From positions 348,316,001 through 348,380,000 of the forward strand of contig OZ024742.1 in the NCBI GenBank assembly GCA_964016885.1: a stretch of 64,000 nt of DNA, written 5' to 3'. Position numbers and translations under genes: made by a program. Under the pieces are notes generated by a model. The model was not told the origin of the DNA and made no database searches. It saw only the letters and a program-made list of their open reading frames with translations. Source of the stretch: Eledone cirrhosa. Its lineage: Eukaryota. Positions 30,001-42,000 of the stretch are shown here, one piece after another; positions within the stretch are counted from its first letter, which is position 1, and each line of letters starts with the position of its first letter.

Positions 30001-33000
30001 GTTTATAACTTCCTCTACTAGTCCCTTCCTCTCCCTTGAGATAAAGCTATAGTTTATAACTTCCTCTACTAATCTCTCCCTCTCCCTTAAGGCAAAGCTA
30101 TAGTTTATAACTTGCTCTACTAGTCCATTCCTCTCCCTTGAGGGAAAGCTATAGTTTATAACTTCCTCTACTAGTCCCTTCCTCTCCCTTGAGTTAAAGC
30201 TATAGTTTATAACTTCCTCTACTAGTCCCTTCCTCTCCCTTAAGATAAAGCTATAGTTTATAACTTCCTCTACTAGTCCCTTCCTCTCCATTAAGATGAA
30301 GCTATAATTTATAACTTCCTCTCCTAGTCCCTTCCTCTCCCTTGAATTAAAGCTATAGTTTATAACTTCCTCTTCTAGTCCCTTCCTCTCCCTTGAGGTA
30401 AAGCTATAGTTTATAACTTCCTCTACTAGTCCCTTCCTCTCCCTTGAGGTTAAGCTATAGTTTATAACTTCCACTACTAGTCCCTCCCTGTCCCTTAAGG
30501 TAAAGCTATAGTTTACAACTTCCTCTACTAGTCCCTTCCTCTCCCTTGACATAAAGCTATAGTTTATAACTTCCTCTACTAGTCCCTCCCTGTCCCTTAA
30601 GGTAAAGCTATAGTTTATAACTTCCTCTACTAGTCCCTTCCTCTCCCTTGAGGTAAAGCTATAGTTTATAACTTCCTCTACTAGTCCCTTCCTCTCCCTT
30701 AAGGTAAAGCTATAGTTTATAAATTCCTCTACTACTCCCTTCATCTCCCTTGAGGTAAAGCTATAGTCTATAATTTCCTCTACTAGTCCCTTCCTCTCCC
30801 TTAAGGTAAAGCTATAGTCTATAACTTCCTCTACTAGTCCCTTCCTCTCCCTTAAGGTAAAGCTATAGTTTATAACTTCCTCTACTAGTCCCTCCCTCTC
30901 CCTTAAGGTAAAGCTATAGTTTATAACTTCCTCTACTAGTCCCTTCCTCTCCCTTAAGATAAAGCTATAGTTTATAACTTCCTCTACTAGTCCCTTCCTC
31001 TCCCTTGAGTTAAAGCTATAGTTTATAACTTCCTCTACTAGTCCCTTCCTCTCCCTTAAGATAAAGCTATAGTTTATAACTTCCTCTACTAGTCCCTTCC
31101 TCTCCCTTGAGATAAAGCTATAGTTTATAACTTCCTCTACTAGTCCCTTCCTCTCCCTTGAGGTAAAGCTATAGTTTATAACTTCCTCTACTAGGCCCTT
31201 CCTCTCCCTTGAAGTAAAGCTATAGTTTATAACTTCCTCTACTAGTCACTTCCTGTCCCTTAAGGTAAAGCTATAGTTTATCACTTCTTCTACTAGTCCC
31301 TTCCTCTCCCTTGAGATAAAGCTATAGTTTATAACTTCCTCTACTAGTTCCTTCCTCTCCCTTGAGATAAAGCTATAGTTTATAACTTCCTCTAATAGTC
31401 CCTTCCTCTCCCTTAAGGAGAAACTATAGTTTATAACTTCCTCTACTAGTCCCTTCCTCTCCTTTAAGGTAAAGCTATAGTTTATAACTTCCTTTACTAG
31501 TCCCTTTCTGTCCCTTAAGGTAAAGCTATAGTTTATAACTTCCTCTACTAGTCCCTTCCTCTCCCTTAAGATAAAGCTATAGTTTATAACTTCCTTTACT
31601 AGTCCCTTCCTGTCCCTTAAGGTAAAGCTATAGTTTATAACTTCCTCTACTAGTCCCTTCCTCTCCCTTGAGATAAAGCTATAGTTTATAACTTCCTCTA
31701 CTAGTCCCTTCCTCTCCCTTAAGGCAAAGCTATAGTTTATAACTTCCTCTACTAGTCCCTTCCTCTCCATTAAGATAAAGCTATAATTTATAACTTCCTC
31801 TCCTAGTCCCTTCCTCTCCCTTGAATTAAAGCTATAGTTTATAACTTCCTCTCCTAGTCCCTTCCTCTCCCTTAAGATAAAGCTATAGTTTATAACTTCC
31901 TCTACTAGTCCCTTCCTCTCCCTTGAGTTAAAGCTATAGTTTATAACTTCCTCTACTAGTCCCTTCCTCTCCCTTAAGATAAAGCTATAGTTTATAACTT
32001 CCTCTACTAGTCCCTTCCTCTCCCTTAAGGCAAAGCTATAGTTTATAACTTCCTCTACTAGTCCCTTCCTCTCCCTTGAGTTAAAGCTATAGTTTATAAC
32101 TTCCTCTACTAGTCCCTTCCTCTCCCTTGAGATAAAGCTATAGTTTATAACTTCCTCTACTAATCTCTTCCTCTCCCTTAAGGCAAAGCTATAGTTTATA
32201 ACTTCCTCTACTAGTCCATTCCTCTCCCTTGAGGGAAAGCTATAGTTTATAACTTCCTCTACTAGTCCCTTCCTCTCCCTTGAGTTAAAGCTATAGTTTA
32301 TAACTTCCTCTACTAGTCCCTTCCTCTCCCTTAAGATAAAGCTATAGTTTATAACTTCCTCTACTAGTCCCTTCCTCTCCATTAAGATGAAGCTATAATT
32401 TATAACTTCCTCTCCTAGTCCCTTCCTCTCCCTTGAATTAAAGCTATAGGTTATAACTTCCTCTTCTAGTCCCTTCCTCTCCCTTGAGGTAAAGCTATAG
32501 TTTATAACTTCCTCTACTAGTCCCTTCCTCTCCCTTGAGGTTAAGCTATAGTTTATAACTTCCACTACTAGTCCCTCCCTGTCCCTTGAGGTAAAGCTAT
32601 AGTTTACAACTTCCTCTACTAGTCCCTTCCTCTCCCTTGACATAAAGCTATAGTTTATAACTTCCTCTACTAGTCCCTCCCTGTCCCTTAAGGTAAAGCT
32701 ATAGTTTATAACTTCCTCTACTAGTCCCTTCCTCTCCCTTGAGGTAAAGCTATAGTTTATAACTTCCTCTACTAGTCCCTTCCTCTCCCTTAAGGTAAAG
32801 CTATAGTTTATAAATTCCTCTACTACTCCCTTCATCTCCCTTGAGGTAAAGCTATAGTCTATAATTTCCTCTACTAGTCCCTTCCTCTCCCTTAAGGTAA
32901 AGCTATAGTCTATAACTTCCTCTACTAGTCCCTTCCTCTCCCTTAAGGTAAAGCTATAGTTTATAACTTCCTCTACTAGTCCCTCCCTCTCCCTTAAGGT

Positions 33001-36000
33001 AAAGCTATAATTTATAACCTCCTCTACTAGTCCCTTCCTCTCCCTTGAGATAAAGCTATAGTTTATAACTTCCTCTACTAGTCCCTTCCTCTCCCTTGAC
33101 ATAAAGCTATAGTTTATAACTTCCTCTACTAGTCCCTTCCTCTCCCTTGAGATAAGGCTATAGTTTATAACTTCCTCTACTAGTCCCTTCCTCTCCCTTG
33201 AGATAAAGCTATAGTTTATAACTTCCTCTACTAGTCCCTTCCTCTCCCTTAAGGCAAAGCTATAGTTTATAACTTCCTCTACTAGTCCCTTCCTCTCCAT
33301 TAAGATAAAGCTATAATTTATAACTTCCTCTCCTAGTCCCTTCCTCTCCCTTGAATTAAAGCTATAGTTTATAACTTCCTCTCCTAGTCCCTTCCTCTCC
33401 CTTAAGACAAAGCTATAGTTTATAACTTCCTCTACTAGTCCCTTCCTCTCCCTTGAGTTAAAGCTATAGTTTATAACTTCCTATACTAGTCCCTTCCTCT
33501 CCCTTAAGATAAAGCTATAGTTTATAACTTCCTCTACTAGTCCCTTCCTCTCCCTTAAGGCAAAGCTATAGTTTATAACTTCCTCTACTAGTCCCTTCCT
33601 CTCCCTTGAGTTAAAGCTATAGTTTATAACTTCCTCTACTAGTCCCTTCCTCTCCCTTGAGATAAAGCTATAGTTTATAACTTCCTCTACTAATCTCTTC
33701 CTCTCCCTTAAGGCAAAGCTATAGTTTATAACTTCCTCTACTAGTCCATTCCTCTCCCTTGAGGAAAAGCTATAGTTTATAACTTCCTCTACTAGTCCCT
33801 TCCTCTCCCTTGACATAAAGCTATAGTTTATAACTTCCTCTACTAGTCCCTCCCTGTCCCTTAAGGTAAAGCTATAGTTTATAACTTCTTCTACTAGTCC
33901 CTTCCTCTCCCTTGAGGTAAAGCTATAGTTTATAACTTCCTCTACTAGTCCCTTCCTCTCCCTTAAGGTAAAGCTATAGTTTATAAATTCCTCTACTACT
34001 CCCTTCATCTCCCTTGAGGTAAAGCTATAGTCTATAATTTCCTCTACTAGTCCCTTCCTCTCCCTTAAGGTAAAGCTATAGTCTATAACTTCCTCTACTA
34101 GTCCCTTCCTCTCCCTTAAGGTAAAGCTATAGTTTATAACTTCCTCTACTAGTCCCTTCCTCTCCCTTAAGATAAAGCTATAGTTTATAACTTCCTCTAC
34201 TAGTCCCTTCCTCTCCCTTGAGTTAAAGCTATAGTTTATAACTTCCTCTACTAGTCCCTTCCTCTCCCTTAAGGTAAAGCTATAGTTTATAACTTCCTCT
34301 ACTAGTCCCTCCCTCTCCCTTAAGGTAAAGCTATAATTTATAACTTCCTCTACTAGTCCCTTCCTGTCCCTTGAGATAAAGCTATAGTTTATAACTTCCT
34401 CTACTAGTCCCTTCCTCTCCCTTAAGATAAAGCTATAGTTTATAACTTCCTCTACTAGTCCCTTCCTCTCCCTTGAGGTAAAGCTATAGTTTATAACTTC
34501 CTCTACTAGGCCCTTCCTCTCCCTTGAAGTAAAGCTATAGTTTATAACTTCCTCTACTAGTCCCTTCCTGTCCCTTAAGGTAAAGCTATAGTTTATCACT
34601 TCTTCTACTAGTCCCTTCCTCTCCTTTGAGATAAAGCTATAGTTTATAACTTCCTCTACTAGTTCCTTCCTCTCCCTTGAGATAAAGCTATAGTTTATAA
34701 CTTCCTCTAATAGTCCCTTCCTCTCCCTTAAGGAGAAACTATAGTTTATAACTTCCTCTACTAGTCCCTTCCTCTCCTTTAAGGTAAAGCTATAGTTTAT
34801 AACTTCCTTTACTAGTCCCTTTCTGTCCCTTAAGGTAAAGCTATAGTTTATAACTTCCTCTACTAGTCCCTTCCTCTCCCTTAAGATAAAGCTATAGTTT
34901 ATAACTTCCTTTACTAGTCCCTTCCTGTCCCTTAAGGTAAAGCTATAGTTTATAACTTCCTCTACTAGTCCCTTCCTCTCCCTTGAGATAAAGCTATAGT
35001 TTATAACTTCCTCTACTAGTCCCTTCCTCTCCCTTAAGGCAAAGCTATAGTTTATAACTTCCTCTACTAGTCCCTTCCTCTCCATTAAGATAAAGCTATA
35101 ATTTATAACTTCCTCTCCTAGTCCCTTCCTCTCCCTTGAATTAAAGCTATAGTTTATAACTTCCTCTCCTAGTCCCTTCCTCTCCCTTAAGATAAAGCTA
35201 TAGTTTATAACTTCCTCTACTAGTCCCTTCCTCTCCCTTGAGTTAAAGCTATAGTTTATAACTTCCTCTACTAGTCCCTTCCTCTCCCTTAAGATAAAGC
35301 TATAGTTTATAACTTCCTCTACTAGTCCCTTCCTCTCCCTTAAGGCAAAGCTATAGTTTATAACTTCCTCTACTAGTCCCTTCCTCTCCCTTGAGTTAAA
35401 GCTATAGTTTATAACTTCCTCTACTAGTCCCTTCCTCTCCCTTGAGATAAAGCTATAGTTTATAACTTCCTCTACTAATCTCTTCCTCTCCCTTAAGGCA
35501 AAGCTATAGTTTATAACTTCCTCTACTAGTCCATTCCTCTCCCTTGAGGGAAAGCTATAGTTTATAACTTCCTCTACTAGTCCCTTCCTCTCCCTTGAGT
35601 TAAAGCTATAGTTTATAACTTCCTCTACTAGTCCCTTCCTCTCCCTTAAGATAAAGATATAGTTTATAACTTCCTCTACTAGTCCCTTCCTCTCCATTAA
35701 GATGAAGCTATAATTTATAACTTCCTCTCCTAGTCCCTTCCTCTCCCTTGAATTAAAGCTATAGTTTATAACTTCCTCTTCTAGTCCCTTCCTCTCCCTT
35801 GAGGTAAAGCTATAGTTTATAACTTCCTCTACTAGTCCCTTCCTCTCCCTTGAGGTTAAGCTATAGTTTATAACTTCCACTACTAGTCCCTCCCTGTCCC
35901 TTGAGGTAAAGCTATAGTTTACAACTTCCTCTACTAGTCCCTTCCTCTCCCTTGACATAAAGCTATAGTTTATAACTTCCTCTACTAGTCCCTCCCTGTC

Positions 36001-39000
36001 CCTTAAGGTAAAGCTATAGTTTATAACTTCCTCTACTAGTCCCTTCCTCTCCCTTGAGGTAAAGCTATAGTTTATAACTTCCTCTACTAGTCCCTTCCTC
36101 TCCCTTAAGGTAAAGCTATAGTTTATAAATTCCTCTACTACTCCCTTCATCTCCCTTGAGGTAAAGCTATAGTCTATAATTTCCTCTACTAGTCCCTTCC
36201 TCTCCCTTAAGGTAAAGCTATAGTCTATAACTTCCTCTACTAGTCCCTTCCTCTCCCTTAAGGTAAAGCTATAGTTTATAACTTCCTCTACTAGTCCCTC
36301 CCTCTCCCTTAAGGTAAAGCTATAGTTTATAACTTCCTCTACTAGTCCCTTCCTCTCCCTTGAGATAAAGCTATAGTTTATAACTTCCTCTACTAGTCCA
36401 TTCCTCTCCATTGACATAAAGCTATAGTTTATAACTTCCTCTACTAGTCCCTTCCTCTCCCTTGAGATAAGGCTATAGTTTATAACTTCCTCTACTAGTC
36501 CCTTCCTCTCCCTTGAGATAAAGCTATAGTTTATAACTTCCTCTACTAGTCCCTTCCTCTCCCTTAAGGCAAAGCTATAGTTTATAACTTCCTCTACTAG
36601 TCCCTTCCTCTCCATTAAGATAAAGCTATAATTTATAACTTCCTCTCCTAGTCCCTTCCTCTCCCTTGAATTAAAGCTATAGTTTATAACTTCCTCTCCT
36701 AGTCCCTTCCTCTCCCTTAAGACAAAGCTATAGTTTATAACTTCCTCTACTAGTCCCTTCCTCTCCCTTGAGTTAAAGCTATAGTTTATAACTTCCTATA
36801 CTAGTCCCTTCCTCTCCCTTAAGATAAAGCTATAGTTTATAACTTCCTCTACTAGTCCCTTCCTCTCCCTTAAGGCAAAGCTATAGTTTATAACTTCCTC
36901 TACTAGTCCCTTCCTCTCCCTTGAGTTAAAGCTATAGTTTATAACTTCCTCTACTAGTCCCTTCCTCTCCCTTGAGATAAAGCTATAGTTTATAACTTCC
37001 TCTACTAATCTCTTCCTCTCCCTTAAGGCAAAGCTATAGTTTATAACTTCCTCTACTAGTCCATTCCTCTCCCTTGAGGAAAAGCTATAGTTTATAACTT
37101 CCTCTACTAGTCCCTTCCTCTCCCTTGAGTTAAAGCTATAGTTTATAACTTCCTCTACTAGTCCCTTCCTCTCCCTTAAGATAAAGCTATAGTTTATAAC
37201 TTCCTCTACTAGTCCCTTCCTCTCCATTAAGATGAAGCTATAATTTATAACTTCCTCTCCTAGTCCCTTCCTCTCCCTTGAATTAAAGCTATAGTTTATA
37301 ACTTCCTCTTCTAGTCCCTTCCTCTCCCTTGAGGTAAAGCTATAGTTTATAACTTCCTCTACTAGTCCCTTCCTCTCCCTTGAGGTTAAGCTATAGTTTA
37401 TAACTTCCTCTACTAGTCCCTCCCTGTCCCTTAAGGTAAAGCTATAGTTTATAACTTCCTCTACTAGTCCCTTCCTCTCCCTTGACATAAAGCTATAGTT
37501 TATAACTTCTCTACTACTCCCTTCATCTCCCTTGAGGTAAAGCTATAGTCTATAACTTCCTCTACTAGTCCCTTCCTCTCCCTTAAGGTAAAGCTATAGT
37601 CTATAACTTCCTCTACTAGTCCCTTCCTCTCCCTTAAGGTAAAGCTATAGTTTATAACTTCCTCTACTAGTCCCTCCCTCTCCCTTAAGGTAAAGCTATA
37701 GTTTATCACTTCTTCTACTAGTCCCTTCCTATCCCTTGAGATAAAGCTATAGTTTATAACTTCCACTACTAGTTCCTTCCTCTCCCTTGAGATAAAGCTA
37801 TAGTTTATAACTTCCTCTAATAGTCCATTCCTCTCCCTTAAGGAGAAACTATAGTTTATAACTTCCTCTACTAGTCCCTTCCTCTCCTTTAAGGTAAAGC
37901 TATAGTTTATAACTTCCTTTACTAGTCCCTTTCTGTCCCTTAAGGTAAAGCTATAGTTTATAACTTCCTCTACTAGTCCCTTCCTCTCCCTTGAGATAAA
38001 GCTATAGTTTATAACTTCCTTTACTAGTCCCTTCCTGTCCCTTAAGGTAAAGCTATAGTTTATAACTTCCTCTACTAGTCCCTTCCTCTCCCTTGAGATA
38101 AAGCTATAGTTTATAACTTCCTCTACTAGTCCCTTCCTCATCCTTAAGGCAAAGCTATAGTTTATATCTTCCTCTACTAGTCCCTTCCTCTCCATTAAGA
38201 TAAAGCTATAATTTATAACTTCCTCTCCTAGTCCCTTCCTCTCCCTTGAATTAAAGCTATAGTTTATAACTTCCTCTCCTAGTCCCTTCCTCTCCCTTAA
38301 GATAAAGCTATAGTTTATAACTTCCTCTACTAGTCCCTTCCTCTCCCTTGAGTTAAAGCTATAGTTTATAACTTCCTCTACTAGTCCCTTCCTCTCCCTT
38401 AAGGTAAAGCTATAGTTTATAACTTCCTCTACTAGTCCCTCCCTCTCCCTTAAGATAAAGCTATAGTTTATAACTTCCTCTACTAGTCCCTTCCTCTCCC
38501 TTAAGGTAAAGCTATAGTTTATAACTTCCTCTACTAGTCCCTCCCTCTCCCTTAAGATAAAGCTATAGTTTATAACTTCCTCTACTAGTCCCTTCCTCTC
38601 CCTTAAGGTAAAGCTATAGTTTATAACTTCCTCTACTAGTCCCTCCCTCTCCCTTAAGATAAAGCTATAGTTTATAACTTCCTCTACTAGTCCCTCCCTC
38701 TCCCTTAAGATAAAGCTATAGTTTATCACTTGCTCTACTAGTCCCTCCCTCTCCCTTAAGATAAAGCTATAGTTTATAAGTTCCTCTACTAGTCCCTTCC
38801 TCTCCCTTCAGATAAAGCTATAGTTTATAACTTCCTCTCCTAGTCCCTTCCTCTCCCTTAAGACAAAGCTATAGTTTATAACTTCCTCTACTAGTCCCTT
38901 CCTCTCCCTTGAGTTAAAGCTATAGTTTATAACTTCCTATACTAGTCCCTCCCTCTCCCTTAAGATAAATCTATAGTTTATCACTTGCTCTACTAGTCCC

Positions 39001-42000
39001 TTCCTCTGCCTTAAGATAAAGCTATAGTTTCTCACTTCCTCTACTAGTCCCTTCCTCTCCCTTGAAGTAAAGCTATAGTTTATAACTTCCTCTACTAGTC
39101 CATTCCTCCCCCTTGAAGTAAAGCTATAGTTTATAACTTCCTCTACTAGTCCCTTCCTCTCCCTCAAGATAAAGCTATAGTTTATAACTTCCTCTAATAG
39201 TCCCTTCCTCTCCCTTAAGATAAAGCTATAAATTATAACTTCCTCTACTAGTGCCTTCCTCTCTCTTGAGATAAAGCTATAGTTTATAACTTCATCTACT
39301 AGTCCATTCCTCTCCCTTGAGGGAAAGCTATAGTTTATAACTCCCTCTTCTAGTCCCTTCCTCTCCCTTGAATTAAAGCTATAGTTTATAACTTCCTCTA
39401 CTAGTCCCTTCCTCTCCCTTGAGGTAAAGCTATAGTTTATAACTTCCTCTACTAGTCCCTTCCTCTCCCTTGAGTTAAAGCTATAGTTTATAACTTCCTA
39501 TACTAGTCCCTCCCTCTCCCTTAAGATAAATCTATAGTTTATCACTTGCTCTACTAGTCCCTTCCTCTGCCTTAAGATAAAGCTATAGTTTCTCACTTCC
39601 TCTACTAGTCCCTTCCTCTCCCTTGAAGTAAAGCTATAGTTTATAACTTCCTCTACTAGTCCATTCCTCCCCCTTGAAGTAAAGCTATAGTTTATAACTT
39701 CCTCTACTAGTCCCTTCCTCTCCCTCAAGATAAAGCTATAGTTTATAACTTCCTCTAATAGTCCCTTCCTCTCCCTTAAGATAAAGCTATAAATTATAAC
39801 TTCCTCTACTAGTGCCTTCCTCTCTCTTGAGATAAAGCTATAGTTTATAACTTCATCTACTAGTCCATTCCTCTCCCTTGAGGGAAAGCTATAGTTTATA
39901 ACTCCCTCTTCTAGTCCCTTCCTCTCCCTTGAATTAAAGCTATAGTTTATAACTTCCTCTACTAGTCCCTTCCTCTCCCTTGAGGTAAAGCTATAGTTTA
40001 TAACTTCCTCTACTAGTCCCTTCCTCTCCCTTAAGGTAGAGCTATAGTTTATAACTTCCTCTACTACTCCCTTCATCTCCCTTGAGGTAAAGCTATAGTT
40101 TATAACTTCCTCTACTAGTCCCTTCCTCTCCCTTAAGGTAAAGCTATAGTTTATAACTTCCTCTACTAGTCCCTTCCTCTCCCTTGAGATAAAGCTATAG
40201 TTTATAACTTCCTCTACTAGTCCCTTCCTCTCCCTTAAGGTAAAGCTATAGTTTATAAATTCCTCTACTAGTCTCTTCCTCTCCCTTAAGGTAAAGCTAT
40301 AGTTTATAACTTCCTCTACTAGTCCCTTCCTCTCTCTTAAGGTAAAGCTATAGTTCATAATTTCCTCTACTAGTCCCTTCCTCTCCCTTAAGGTAAAGCT
40401 ATAGTTTATAAATTCCTCTACTAGTCCCTTCCTCTCCCTTAAGGTAAAGCTATAGTTTATAACTTCCTCTACTAGTCCCTTCCTCTCCCTTGAGGTAAAG
40501 CTACAGTTTATAACTTCCTCTACCAGTCCCTTCCTCTCCCTTGAGGTAAAGCTACAGTTTATAACTTTTTCTACTAATCCCTTCCTCTCCTTTGAGATAC
40601 AGCTATAGTTTATAACTTCCTCTACTAGTCCCTCCCTCTCCCTTAAGGTAAAGCTATAGTTTATAACTTCCTCTACTAGTCCCTTCCTCTCCCTTGAGAT
40701 AAAGCTATAGTTTATAACTTCCTCTACTAGTCCCTTCCTCTCCCTTAAGGTAAAGCTACAGATTATAACTTCCTCTACTAGTCCCTTCCTCTCCCTTAAG
40801 GTAAAGCTACAGATTATAACTTCCTCTACTAGTCCCTTCCTCTCCCTTAAGGTAAAGCTATAGTTTATAACTTCCTCTACTAGTCCCTTCCTCTCCCTTG
40901 AGGTAAAGCTACAGTTAATAACTTCCTCTACTAGTCCCCTCCTCTCCCTTGAGATAAAGCTATAGTTTATAACTTCCTCTACTACTCCCTTCCTCTCCCT
41001 TGAGGTAAAGCTATAGTTTATAACTTCCTCTACTAGTCCCTTCCTCTCCCTTGAGGTAAAGCTATAGTTTATAACTTTCTCTACTAGTCCCTTCTTCTCC
41101 CTTAAGGTAAAGCTATAGTTTATAACTTCCTCTACTAGTTCCTTCCTTCCCCTTGAGATAAAGCTATAGTTTATAACTTCCTCTACTAGTCTCTTCCTCT
41201 CCCTTGAGGTAAAGCTATAGTTTATAACTTCCTCTACTAGTCCCTTCTTCTCCCTTAAGCTAAAGCTATAGTTTATAACTTCCTCTACTACTCCTTTCCT
41301 CTCCCTTGAGATAAAGCTATAGTTCATAACTTCCTCTACTACTCCCTTCCTCTCCCTTGAGGTAAAGCTATAGTTTATAACTTCCTCTACTAGTCCCTTC
41401 TTCTCCCTTGAGGTAAAGCTATAGTTTATAACTTCCTCTACTAGTCCCTTCCTCTCCCTTGAGGTAAAGCTATAGTTTATAACTTCCTCTACTAGTCCCT
41501 TCCTCCCCCTTAAGGTAAAGCTACAGATTATAACTCCCTCTTCTAGTCCCTTCCTCTCCCTTGAATTAAAGCTATAGTTTATAACTTCCTCTACTAGTCC
41601 CTTCCTCTCCCTTGAGGTAAAGCTATAGTTTATAACTTCGTCTTCTAGTCCCTTCCTCTCCCTTGAGGTAAAGCTATAGTTTATAACTTCCTCTACTAGT
41701 CCCTTCCTCTCCCTTAAGGTAGAGCTATAGTTTATAACTTCCTCTACTACTCCCTTCATCTCCCTTGAGGTAAAGCTATAGTTTATAACTTCCTCTACTA
41801 GTCCCTTCCTCTCCCTTAAGGTAAAGCTATAGTTTATAACTTCCTCTACTAGTCCCTTCCTCTCCCTTGAGATAAAGCTATAGTTTATAACTTCCTCTAC
41901 TAGTCCCTTCCTCTCCCTTAAGGTAAAGCTATAGTTTATAAATTCCTCTACTAGTCTCTTCCTCTCCCTTAAGGTAAAGCTATAGTTTATAACTTCCTCT

